Assembly (NCBI GenBank): GCA_945861775.1
Contig: CAMAVT010000002.1
Coordinates: forward strand, 1-52,043
DNA from: Bifidobacterium breve
GTDB lineage: Bacteria > Actinomycetota > Actinomycetes > S36-B12
Direction of reading: 5' to 3'
DNA: 52,043 nt
In this document: one piece after another, positions 7,278 to 15,811 of the stretch
How positions within the stretch are numbered: position 1 is the first letter of the stretch
Layout: each line of letters opens with the position of its first letter
Translations under genes and position numbers: made by a program
The notes under the pieces: generated by a model
What the model saw: the letters and a program-made list of their open reading frames with translations, nothing else
Told to the model about the DNA's origin: nothing
Database searches by the model: none

Positions 7278-7985
7278 ATGGCTATTCGGATTGCGGACAA
7301 TCTATATCGACTCCCAACTCTTGGTCCATTCATTAATTCATATGCACTACTCAACACTGATTCTTCAATCACTCTCGTTGACTGCGGATTAGCAGGTTCC
7401 TCCAAAAGGCTTATCAAGGATCTGGCAAGAATCGGTAAGCACCCGAGTGATGTTGTCAATATCGTCTTAACCCATGCCCATGATGATCACGTTGGAGCGG
7501 CATCTCAGATGATCAAGGAATGTGAAGTTCAAAATGTAATGATGCATGAAGAAGATTCTCATTTACCTCCAACCGGTAAAACGCCACCAATAGATGATTC
7601 ACGCCTCTCTGGCAAAATAATGAAGATTCTTCCAGAACGAAGTTATGAACCTTTTTCTATCACAAATAAGTTGAAGGACAATGAAATCATTGACACAGCA
7701 GGTGGATTGCAGGTGATTCACACCCCTGGGCACACTGCCGGGCACATATCTTTACTACATTTTGAAAGTGAAACGCTAATTACAGGTGATTCCATTTTCA
7801 ATATGACCTCAAGAATGACCTGGGCACTTAGTGGCTTCTGCGTGAATTACAAACAGTCTCAGGAGAGCGCAGAAAAGTTCTCAGATTTGGACTTCAAAAA
7901 TGCCTGCTTCACCCACGGGCCAGAAATCAAGAACTTGGGCAAAAGCAAAATAAGGCAATTCCTGAGCAAAAAAGGTTTGAATTAA
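7278..7985 (+). CDS. MBL-fold metallo-hydrolase
   Basis: THAHDDHVG (HxHxDH) and a later HTPGHTAGH motif. The gene is visibly AT-rich compared with its neighbours. Confidence 0.8.
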   Translation: MAIRIADNLYRLPTLGPFINSYALLNTDSSITLVDCGLAGSSKRLIKDLARIGKHPSDVVNIVLTHAHDDHVGAASQMIKECEVQNVMMHEEDSHLPPTGKTPPIDDSRLSGKIMKILPERSYEPFSITNKLKDNEIIDTAGGLQVIHTPGHTAGHISLLHFESETLITGDSIFNMTSRMTWALSGFCVNYKQSQESAEKFSDLDFKNACFTHGPEIKNLGKSKIRQFLSKKGLN

Positions 7986-8066
7986 TTTTGGCGTGCAGTG
8001 ACAAACTTGAATCTCCGGAGATGTTTCTACCGCTTTGGCGCTTAAGTCTTGTCGTGATGGCAACTA

Positions 8067-8171
8067 GACAGGCCCCCTTTCACTCACCACCGCTCACAGA
8101 TAACCTTGCCCAGGCGATTGGTTCAATTTCAGACCGAATTTCGGTCCAAATACCCACCAGTCCCGGGGTCG
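8067..8171. repeat. Repeat B, copy 2: the leader immediately upstream of tRNA-Lys, running into its first 6 nt
   Basis: See 5263-5367. Confidence 0.85.
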
Positions 8172-8237
8172 CTAGCTCAATGGCAGAGCTGCGGACTTTT
8201 AATCCGTAGGTTCCCGGTTCGAGCCCGGGGCGACCCA
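8166..8237 (+). tRNA. tRNA-Lys (anticodon UUU)
   Basis: Manual cloverleaf: acceptor GGGTCGC/GCGACCC, D arm GCTC-AATGGCA-GAGC, anticodon stem GCGGA/TCCGT with loop CTTTTAA, T arm CCCGG-TTCGAGC-CCGGG, discriminator A. CCA is not encoded. Confidence 0.92.
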
Positions 8238-8501
8238 CCGCGAACAAACCGGAGTTCATTGCCGCGCTGATGTAAGCCATATTCCTGGATAGGAAAGTCA
8301 AAGCTTCATACCGTGGGGAGAGCGTGTAGAGGTTCCTCAATTGGGTCTCCCGAGCCACTCGACTGACTAGTCAGCGAAAACTGATGTCGGTCATGCTCGT
8401 CACACCTCATTGCGCTAACGTCCGACCATTCCCTTGGTTCCGGTTGGCAGGCCGCGGGCGACGGGAACAGTCATGATGACTTCGTCACGAAGGAGCACCT
8501 C

Positions 8502-9383
8502 TTGACACTCGCGATCATTCTTGCCTACGTAATCGGAGCCACAGCGGGGTTCGCGATTGCCCGAACTGGCAAGTTCGCGACAGAGTGGCGAGTCTTCATT
8601 CGCACCCAATTGCTCTTGTCAAGCGCGCTCATCTCATTACTAGCAGGATGGCAACTGGGCGGCTGGTCGGACTTGCTTTGGCCGGTGCTCGTGACCGCTG
8701 TGTGCGTGCTGCTGATCGGCATCGCCTATCTTCTGACACCGGCATCGCCGAGTCGGCCAGCGCATGCCGTTCTGGGCGGGTGGTCCGCCATCCCCAACCC
8801 CGGGTTTTGGCTGGTCCCGATGTCAGACGCGATCGCCGGCGGACCTGGCGTCATCGTGGCGGTCTTCATCGACCGACTAGCCCGTGCCGTTTTCGGAGTA
8901 TTCGTCTGGATCCTGCGTCGCCACGCACCCATCCGTCAACGAAAGCGCACGTCCTTCATCGACGAGGCGCCTTTCATTGCCCTGATCGCTGGGCTGGTGC
9001 TCAACTACTTCTCCGATGCTCCCGAGTGGACATGGACAGTCATTAACTTTGCGGCACCAGTTCTGGCAGCTACGGGTGCGGCCGTGTTCATTGGCTCGGT
9101 CATGCACCCCAGTCAGCAGATTGCGTGGCGGCCCGGTGTCCGAGTGTGGGTCATCCTCACTCTCGTGCGCATCGCCTTGATGGTGCCGATGGTCCTGCTG
9201 GCTCCCACGCCGGCCATCGCGGTTGTTCTCGCCTTGGGCGCCTTCAGTATCCCTGCGTTCTTCCCCCCACAGTTCTCAGTGTTGTACGGGTACACCGACT
9301 CTGTGGTGGCGGCTTCTGTTCGTCTGGCCTGGTTCCTGGCTCCGATTGGCGTGGTCTGGGCATTGCTGATCATGCGGGTGTAG
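8502..9383 (+). CDS. Polytopic membrane protein, probably an AEC (auxin efflux carrier) family transporter
   Basis: About 10 hydrophobic segments over 293 aa. IPNPGFWLVPM resembles the AEC NTGF.G.P motif. The gene is GC-rich. Confidence 0.5.
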   Translation: MTLAIILAYVIGATAGFAIARTGKFATEWRVFIRTQLLLSSALISLLAGWQLGGWSDLLWPVLVTAVCVLLIGIAYLLTPASPSRPAHAVLGGWSAIPNPGFWLVPMSDAIAGGPGVIVAVFIDRLARAVFGVFVWILRRHAPIRQRKRTSFIDEAPFIALIAGLVLNYFSDAPEWTWTVINFAAPVLAATGAAVFIGSVMHPSQQIAWRPGVRVWVILTLVRIALMVPMVLLAPTPAIAVVLALGAFSIPAFFPPQFSVLYGYTDSVVAASVRLAWFLAPIGVVWALLIMRV

Positions 9384-9486
9384 CTGCCCCGTTGGGGTGC
9401 AGTGCACTGCAAACCAAATGGGCGCTGACCGCGAGCCCTGCAAGACACCCTTCCATGTCCCGGTATTTTTGTAGTACGATATTCAA

Positions 9487-9636
9487 GTGCGTGAAGTTGG
9501 CATCAACGCCAGTGCCCGACGGCACCGGATCGAGGATGCCGACATCAGGCACGCGATCGCTCACGCTGTCTTCAGCGACGACATCGACCCCGAGCCCCCG
9601 GTTCGTCGACTCCTGGGAGGACACCGCAATGACTAA
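9487..9636 (+). pseudogene. Truncated toxin-like small ORF paired with the downstream RHH gene
   Basis: VREVGINASARRHRIEDADIRHAIAHAVFSDDIDPEPPVRRLLGGHRND*. The ...ARRH.I...DI.HA... start resembles small actinobacterial proteins found upstream of CopG-type partners, but it stops after 49 codons. It overlaps the RHH start by 8 nt. Confidence 0.3.
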
Positions 9637-9904
9637 GAAGAAAGTCCTTGGCGCCTCAGGCGGTCAAGCAATCACTCAGGCCGATGTTGAACGAATGGCC
9701 GACGAGGCCGAACGTGGCTACAGCGACGCCCATCTGCGTCACGTAGGACGAGGCCGGCCCGCAATGGGCGACGGTCCTGCAAAGGCAGTCCAGGCCAGAC
9801 TGGACCCGGAGCTGCATGCGGCACTTGAGCGACGCGCCAAGGCCGATCAGAAGACATCGAGCGAGATTGTTCGCGAAGCTCTCCAAGAATATCTTTTTGC
9901 GTAA
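9629..9904 (+). CDS. Ribbon-helix-helix (CopG-like) antitoxin-type protein
   Basis: The C-terminus VQARLDPELHAALERRAKADQKTSSEIVREALQEYL is an RHH signature. GGGAGG lies 8 nt upstream of ATG 9629. The rest of track ORF 9125-9904 overlaps the preceding transporter gene and is spurious. Confidence 0.7.
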   Translation: MTKKKVLGASGGQAITQADVERMADEAERGYSDAHLRHVGRGRPAMGDGPAKAVQARLDPELHAALERRAKADQKTSSEIVREALQEYLFA

Positions 9905-9973
9905 GCCGAAACCCATCGCAATCGTTCAATATTCAGGTTTCTAAGGTGTCATTGGAAAGGCTTCTAATTCTTG

Positions 9974-10002
9974 GGTTCTCGGATCGAGTCCGGGGTGACC
10001 GA
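9974..10002 (+). repeat. Degenerate direct copy of the tRNA-Lys 3' half (T arm plus acceptor), att-like
   Basis: GGTTCTCGGATCGAGTCCGGGGTGACCGA against tRNA 8209-8237 GGTTCCCGGTTCGAGCCCGGGGCGACCCA: 24/29 identical, same orientation. Confidence 0.55.
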
Positions 10003-10044
10003 CTTTCCGGTGGTACGTTTGATGAGCCTGAGGGAGGTTGATTC

Positions 10045-10344
10045 ATGCCACAGTTGGCGACACAGTCAGAGATAACGTCTTTTCTTGATCTCAATGCGAA
10101 CTGGTCGAGAAATGAAAATGCACTTACTTCACAGTTCACGGCACCAAGTTTTCTCGCGGCCATTGATTTTTTTAATGCGGTTGCGGTGATCGCTGAAGGG
10201 TTGGATCATCATCCTGATATTGATATTCGTTGGAACAAAGTGATTTTTGCCCTGAGCACGCATTCCGCTGGCGGAATTACAACTCTTGACTTTGAGTTAG
10301 CCGTAGCGATTGACGCAGCAGCCGGCAAATTGTTGGAAGGTTGA
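10045..10344 (+). CDS. Pterin-4-alpha-carbinolamine dehydratase
   Basis: AEGLDHHPDIDIRWNKVIFALSTH is the PCD/DCoH signature. Confidence 0.85.
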   Translation: MPQLATQSEITSFLDLNANWSRNENALTSQFTAPSFLAAIDFFNAVAVIAEGLDHHPDIDIRWNKVIFALSTHSAGGITTLDFELAVAIDAAAGKLLEG

Positions 10345-10347
10345 GCG

Positions 10348-10803
10348 GTGGGTTCTAAGGCTTATGACCGTTTGTGGGGGACAGCGCTGCGCACAACAAC
10401 GATTCTTCACCGTGCTGTTTATTCGGTAAGTGGTGGAAAACTTGGTCGTCACTTCCCCGGTGGTGCACAGGTCGTGTGGATTACAACCCTGGGTCGAAAA
10501 AGTGGTGAGTGGCGAAAAACTCCCCTGCTTGCCGTTCCAGATCTCGGTGGCTGGGGAATTGCCGGTTCTAATGCGGGTCAGGAAAAAATCCCTGGTTGGG
10601 TTTTCAACGTGAAAGCACACAATAAAGGCCGCGTTGAGATTGATGGTGAAGTGAGTGAAGCCGAATTCACCGAGGTTCACGGCGAGGAAGCAGCACGTAT
10701 TTATGCGGCTCTTGGTGATACATGGTCCTCATATCGCATGTATGAGCGCAATATAGAAAGGGATATTCCCGTATTTCGAGTGAGCAAAATCCCCACGATT
10801 TAG
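10348..10803 (+). CDS. Deazaflavin (F420)-dependent nitroreductase-family oxidoreductase
   Basis: ITTLGRKSGEWRKTPLL...GSNAGQEKIPGWVFNVKAH matches the DDN-like family pattern. Confidence 0.75.
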   Translation: MGSKAYDRLWGTALRTTTILHRAVYSVSGGKLGRHFPGGAQVVWITTLGRKSGEWRKTPLLAVPDLGGWGIAGSNAGQEKIPGWVFNVKAHNKGRVEIDGEVSEAEFTEVHGEEAARIYAALGDTWSSYRMYERNIERDIPVFRVSKIPTI

Positions 10804-10851
10804 CCTCAATATTGGTCCGCCATGCATGGACATAATTGATATCGGCATGAT

Positions 10852-12672
10852 GTGTCGGTGTCCTCCCCCCAACAAGTCAATCTGCTTAGCTGCGAAAACG
10901 TCTCGAAATCATTCGGGGACCGCCCATTATTGAGTGATGTTTCCCTCGGCGTGAGCAAAGGCGAACGAATCGGTGTTGTCGGTCGCAATGGTGCTGGCAA
11001 GAGCACCTTGCTTCGAGTCCTCGCTGGAGCAGAACCTGCCGATTCGGGTCGGGTGACCCGCGGTGCAAGTGTTGTGGTCGGCGAACTGGACCAGGTCGGG
11101 ATTAGCGCGGAGAACGCGACAATTCGCAGTCACGTGATGGGGGATCGTGATGAACATGAATGGGCGAGTGATGCGGCTGTCCGCGAGATCTTGACGGCGC
11201 TATTGGGTGGTTTTGGACCCGAGGAACTCGATCGCAGGATTGCTGATCTTTCCGGCGGGGAGCGCCGCCGCGCCTACTTGGCCGAGCAATTAATCCGCGA
11301 AGTCGACGTTTTATTTCTTGATGAACCAACTAACCACCTCGACGTTGAAATTATTGCCTGGCTTGCTGCGCATCTTAAAAATCGTCCAAAAATTGCGATC
11401 GTCACCGTCACCCATGATCGCTGGTTCCTTGATGAAGTCTGTGACCACATGTGGGAAGTCGTCGGTGGCAAAGTCGAAGAGTATGAAGGCGGTTACTCCG
11501 CTTTCGTTCTTGCGAAAGCCGAGCGCATGCGCCAGGAATCAGCGAGTGAAGCGCGCCGGCAGAATCTCATGCGCAAGGAGCTTGCATGGTTGCGCCGCGG
11601 CCCACCCGCACGAACCACCAAACCACAGTTCCGCATTGACGCAGCGAATGAACTCATTGCAGCGGAGCCACCACCGCGCAACGCAGTCGAGTTGTTGGAG
11701 TTTGCTAGTGCTCGTTTAGGTAAAACTGTCTATGAACTCCATGACGCCAAAATAGGTTTTGAGACGAAAACCCTGATTAATCACATCACGTGGAATATCG
11801 CCCCGGGTGGTCGTATTGGGATCTTGGGACCAAACGGTGCCGGTAAAACATCCGTGTTGCGATCAATCCTTGGTGAAATCCCGCTCCTTGCTGGCAAACG
11901 TGTTGAGGGTGTCACGGTTAAGCCGGGGGTCTTGAGTCAACATTTGGCTGATTTGGATCTGAGTAAAACTGTTATTGACACGGTCTCTGACGTAGCTAAT
12001 TACATTGAACTGGGCAAAGGAAAGCAAATGAGCGCCAGTCAAGTGTGTCAGCGACTTGGATTTGATCATGATGGACAATTCACGCGAGTGGGTGAACTTT
12101 CCGGTGGGGAACGTAGACGCTTGGAGTTGACTCGGATCTTGATGTCAGAGCCCAATGTGTTAGTGCTCGACGAACCAACAAATGATTTTGACGTTGAAAC
12201 GTTGGCTGCGTTGGAAGACCTGCTCGACGGTTTCCCAGGAACACTTCTCATTATTTCCCATGATCGGTATTTCTTAGAACGGGTCTGCGACAACTTTGTT
12301 GCCGTGATCGGTGACCTCAACTTCACAGATCTTCCTGGCGGAATTGAACAGTATTTGGACCTTCGAAAGAAAATGCTGGCCGGGGCATCCGGCAAGCCCA
12401 CTTCAGGTGGTGCAGGTGAGGGCAAGGGCACCTCTAAGTTGACCCCTGCTAGGGAGCGGGAGCTTCGCAAATTGACCGACAAATATAAGCGCCAACTGGC
12501 AAAACTCGAGGCTTCGATTGGGTTGATCCACGACCAAATGCTCGAGTTTGCGAGTGATTTTGAACGCGTTGCCCAACTTGATAGGGAACTTCGGGACCTA
12601 AATGAGTCAAAAGAAACTATTGAGTTGCAGTGGCTTGAGGCCGCTGACGAACTTTCAGACGGGCGTCAATAA
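10852..12672 (+). CDS. ABC-F family ATPase (two ABC domains, no transmembrane domain)
   Basis: Two Walker A motifs ([18 protein letters not shown]), two LSGGERRR signatures and a coiled-coil C-terminal tail. Confidence 0.9.
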   Translation: MSVSSPQQVNLLSCENVSKSFGDRPLLSDVSLGVSKGERIGVVGRNGAGKSTLLRVLAGAEPADSGRVTRGASVVVGELDQVGISAENATIRSHVMGDRDEHEWASDAAVREILTALLGGFGPEELDRRIADLSGGERRRAYLAEQLIREVDVLFLDEPTNHLDVEIIAWLAAHLKNRPKIAIVTVTHDRWFLDEVCDHMWEVVGGKVEEYEGGYSAFVLAKAERMRQESASEARRQNLMRKELAWLRRGPPARTTKPQFRIDAANELIAAEPPPRNAVELLEFASARLGKTVYELHDAKIGFETKTLINHITWNIAPGGRIGILGPNGAGKTSVLRSILGEIPLLAGKRVEGVTVKPGVLSQHLADLDLSKTVIDTVSDVANYIELGKGKQMSASQVCQRLGFDHDGQFTRVGELSGGERRRLELTRILMSEPNVLVLDEPTNDFDVETLAALEDLLDGFPGTLLIISHDRYFLERVCDNFVAVIGDLNFTDLPGGIEQYLDLRKKMLAGASGKPTSGGAGEGKGTSKLTPARERELRKLTDKYKRQLAKLEASIGLIHDQMLEFASDFERVAQLDRELRDLNESKETIELQWLEAADELSDGRQ

Positions 12673-12696
12673 ACGTTGGGGCGATAGACTGCGCTT

Positions 12697-13653
12697 ATGA
12701 ACGCTGTCATTACACCCCTGCCCCAGCGTCAACTTGGACCATGGCAGGTCTCTGCAGTTGGTCTTGGCGCTATGCCCCTTTCATTTAGCGACATGGTGAC
12801 GCATCGCGATCAGGCAATTGCCACCATTCATCGCGTACTCGATTCGGGCATCACATTCATTGATTCGGCAAATATTTATGCGCCGACATGGGACACAATT
12901 GGGCACAATGAAGAGTTGATCGCAGAAGCCCTGTCCTTGTACACCGGGCCGGCAAATATCGCGAACATCCTTGTCACGACTAAAGGTGGCATTACCCGCG
13001 GCGAGGGTGAGACTTGGATGCGAGATGGAAGTTCGTCAGGATTAAAGGCGGCGTGTGAGGCCAGCATGACGGCACTGGGTGTCTCTGTCATTGATCTTTA
13101 TCAGTTTCACCGACATGATCCACGCGAGACCTACACCGATCAAATGCGGGGCATCTTGGCCTTGCGCGATCTCGGTTGGGTTCGGGAGGTAGGAATTTCA
13201 AATGTAATCCTGCCGGAACTGGAGGTAGCCCTCGAAATTTTGGGAGGACCGGGTAGCGGTGGTGTTGTTTCTGTGCAAAACGAATTCTCGCCACGTTACC
13301 GTGAGAATCGTGATGTATTGGACCGATGCACCGAACTGGGAATAGCTTTCCTGCCCTGGTCGCCGCTAGGCGGATCAGACAACGCTAAAAATGTCGACTC
13401 TCAATTCAGTGAGTTTGCTGCTGTCGCGCAAGAACACGATTCAACAGCTCAGGAGATCACCCTTGCTTGGTTATTGAAACTTTCACCGGTTGTGATTCCC
13501 ATTCCGGGTGCAACGAAGCCGGTAACCGTGGACTCAATTATTCGTTCATTGAGCATTGAACTCACAGATTCTCAATGTGAGCGTCTCAGTGCCACGGAGT
13601 CCATCGGGGAAAGTTTCTATCCCGACCCTGGACCAAGGAGCCCACTTAAGTGA
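12697..13653 (+). CDS. Aldo/keto reductase
   Basis: LGAMPLSF...IDSANIY...FHRHDP...LPWSPLGGS is the AKR pattern. Confidence 0.85.
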   Translation: MNAVITPLPQRQLGPWQVSAVGLGAMPLSFSDMVTHRDQAIATIHRVLDSGITFIDSANIYAPTWDTIGHNEELIAEALSLYTGPANIANILVTTKGGITRGEGETWMRDGSSSGLKAACEASMTALGVSVIDLYQFHRHDPRETYTDQMRGILALRDLGWVREVGISNVILPELEVALEILGGPGSGGVVSVQNEFSPRYRENRDVLDRCTELGIAFLPWSPLGGSDNAKNVDSQFSEFAAVAQEHDSTAQEITLAWLLKLSPVVIPIPGATKPVTVDSIIRSLSIELTDSQCERLSATESIGESFYPDPGPRSPLK

Positions 13654-14885
13654 ATGCCCAGTCTGAAATAGCGAAAACAAAAATTCTAGTTATCGGAGCG
13701 GGTTTTGGCGGCCTTACCGCCGCAGCTAAATTGGCAAAGCAGGAAAATGTTCACGTGACCGTGATTGACCGTCACTCCTATCAACTGTTCGCTCCACTGC
13801 TTTATCAGGTGGCGACAGGCGGGCTGCCAGAAGACGACATTGCCTACCCTGTTCGTTCGGCCATTCCTGGTGTCGACTTCATTCGTGGTGATGTAATTAA
13901 AGTTTCATTGGAAGCAAATAACATTCGATTAGAAGATGGTCGGGTCCTTTATTTTGATCAGTTGGTTTTAGCTGTTGGCAGTGGCGGAACAACATTTGGT
14001 ATCCCTGGCGTGCAGGAAAACGCCATGCAGATGAAAGATTTGTATCAGGCGCGGGCTATCAGAAACAAACTTTTACAAACGTATGAAGATGTTGAAACAG
14101 GTTTAAAGCCAAAAGAATCACTGCGTGTTGTTGTTGTCGGTGGAGGGCCCACGGGCGTCGAAATTGCTGGTGCCGTTGCAGAACTGCAGAAAAGCATGCA
14201 CCGTGAGTTTCTTAAAGTTGCCAAACATGGTGCGGTGACATTGGTCGAAGCTGGGCCCAGGCTCCTTCCTTCTTTCGCGGAGAAGTCTTCCGCACATGCG
14301 AAAAGTGAATTGGAAGAGTTGGGTGTGAACGTGATGGTGGACAGTGCGGTTGACCGCATGTATCCCGGTGACGTTCACCTAAAGTCTGGCGAGGTTCTCC
14401 CCGCGGGAACCATCATTTGGGCGGCGGGGGTGGCGGCACCGGCCGAGTGGAATGTTTTAGGGAATACAGATCGATCTAATCGACTCATGGTCTCGGACAC
14501 ACTTAGGTTGCAACCCAATGTTTGGGTGTTAGGAGACATGGCCCATGTTGTTGATGCTGACGATCGCCCGTTACCCATGGTCGCATCCGTTGCTATGCAG
14601 CAGGGACGTTATGTAGCGGCTGGTATCGAAAAAATACTCAAAGGTGAAGAGCCGCAACCATTCACTTATAAAGACAAGGGCCAGATGGCGACTATTGGTC
14701 GACGCCGTGCTGTTGTTGAAATGCCAAACGGCATCAAGTTACACGGCACGATCGCTTGGTTTGCGTGGTTAGGGTTGCATGTGTTCTATCTTGCGGGAGG
14801 TCGAAACCGAATTTCGGTAATGGCTGACTGGTTCTGGAATTACATCTTTTGGGGTGTTGGCCCCAAGAGACCCGTTATTGACTGA
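13650..14885 (+). CDS. ndh: Type II NADH dehydrogenase (NAD(P)/FAD-dependent oxidoreductase)
   Basis: Two dinucleotide-binding motifs: ILVIGAGFGGL and VVVGGGPTGVE. Confidence 0.8.
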   Translation: MNAQSEIAKTKILVIGAGFGGLTAAAKLAKQENVHVTVIDRHSYQLFAPLLYQVATGGLPEDDIAYPVRSAIPGVDFIRGDVIKVSLEANNIRLEDGRVLYFDQLVLAVGSGGTTFGIPGVQENAMQMKDLYQARAIRNKLLQTYEDVETGLKPKESLRVVVVGGGPTGVEIAGAVAELQKSMHREFLKVAKHGAVTLVEAGPRLLPSFAEKSSAHAKSELEELGVNVMVDSAVDRMYPGDVHLKSGEVLPAGTIIWAAGVAAPAEWNVLGNTDRSNRLMVSDTLRLQPNVWVLGDMAHVVDADDRPLPMVASVAMQQGRYVAAGIEKILKGEEPQPFTYKDKGQMATIGRRRAVVEMPNGIKLHGTIAWFAWLGLHVFYLAGGRNRISVMADWFWNYIFWGVGPKRPVID

Positions 14886-15699
14886 CGGTGTTCCTAACAA
14901 ATTCGCTATAAGGAACGAAACACTGCGCCGTCCTGTCACCGCGGGACCAGCCGGCTGAATCTGGCCAAATTGCCCACCACGGGTAGTACTTCTTTAATGT
15001 GACGTAGGGCTTGGCTGCATTTTCACAAATCCGTTTTGTTTGATTTTCCACGGTTCGCGCACCTGGGAATTTTTTAGTCGGAGTTGTTCCTAGATTTCGT
15101 TCAAGGATCATGATCCAGTTTTTGTTGACGTTCGTGCACGGGTAGGCGCTTGTCGTTCTATTCCCAGGAACTGCTGATGTGCAAAAATTTAATTGGCTTG
15201 AAGGGGTTGCGGCAACGAACTCGGCCATGGTTGTTGACAGCTGCTTGTAGCTCTTTCCCTCTCGAAAGACAACATCACAGCGAACCCAACGCTGACCCGC
15301 ACCCCATTGTGTTTTTGATGGAAAAATTGAGACGCTCTGCAATCGAGTCGGCAGTTTTGGATCCGCAATATTCACGAAAGCATTGATGTTTTTCACCGTG
15401 CAGGGTTGGGTCGCCTTGAGTCGGCGGGCTGCTGAGGCTTTCTCAGGAACACCGAAACTCTCTGGCAAAGCGCCCACCCAGTAGGTCTGCGCGGTATGTG
15501 GCGTGGCGCACTCAACTGCCGGAGCACTCGCCGCCTGGTCCTTTGTCCCACTGGATTTGTAGTCGAAGCAGTTGCCGACCGTGGCCGCGACCGCCTCTGA
15601 GGCGCGGGCACTGGGAAGGGGGGTGGCAGCGAGGGTAATTCCAGCGATCAGACCGATACAGGCTGTGACGGCGGTGTATTTGGGAAGGGCGAGGAGCAT
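14875..15699 (-). CDS. Secreted septum-formation-family protein
   Basis: Signal peptide, then the repeated Cys-containing pattern NCFDY...VECATPHTAQTYW / VRCDV typical of that actinobacterial family. Confidence 0.55.
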   Translation of the reverse strand: MLLALPKYTAVTACIGLIAGITLAATPLPSARASEAVAATVGNCFDYKSSGTKDQAASAPAVECATPHTAQTYWVGALPESFGVPEKASAARRLKATQPCTVKNINAFVNIADPKLPTRLQSVSIFPSKTQWGAGQRWVRCDVVFREGKSYKQLSTTMAEFVAATPSSQLNFCTSAVPGNRTTSAYPCTNVNKNWIMILERNLGTTPTKKFPGARTVENQTKRICENAAKPYVTLKKYYPWWAIWPDSAGWSRGDRTAQCFVPYSEFVRNTVSQ

Positions 15700-15811
15700 G
15701 GTTTCACACTACCTTCTGGGGCCAGAATTTCTCAAAAGGGTCAATTAGTTGGGTGACCCAGATTGTGCAGGTCGCTTGCGCTCGACTTGAGAACCCAGAA
15801 AGATAAGCCCC

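Noticed and set aside
9125-9628. The N-terminal 168 codons of track ORF 9125-9904.
   Set aside because: They overlap the 3' end of the transporter gene in another frame. The RHH domain begins at ATG 9629, which has a good Shine-Dalgarno.
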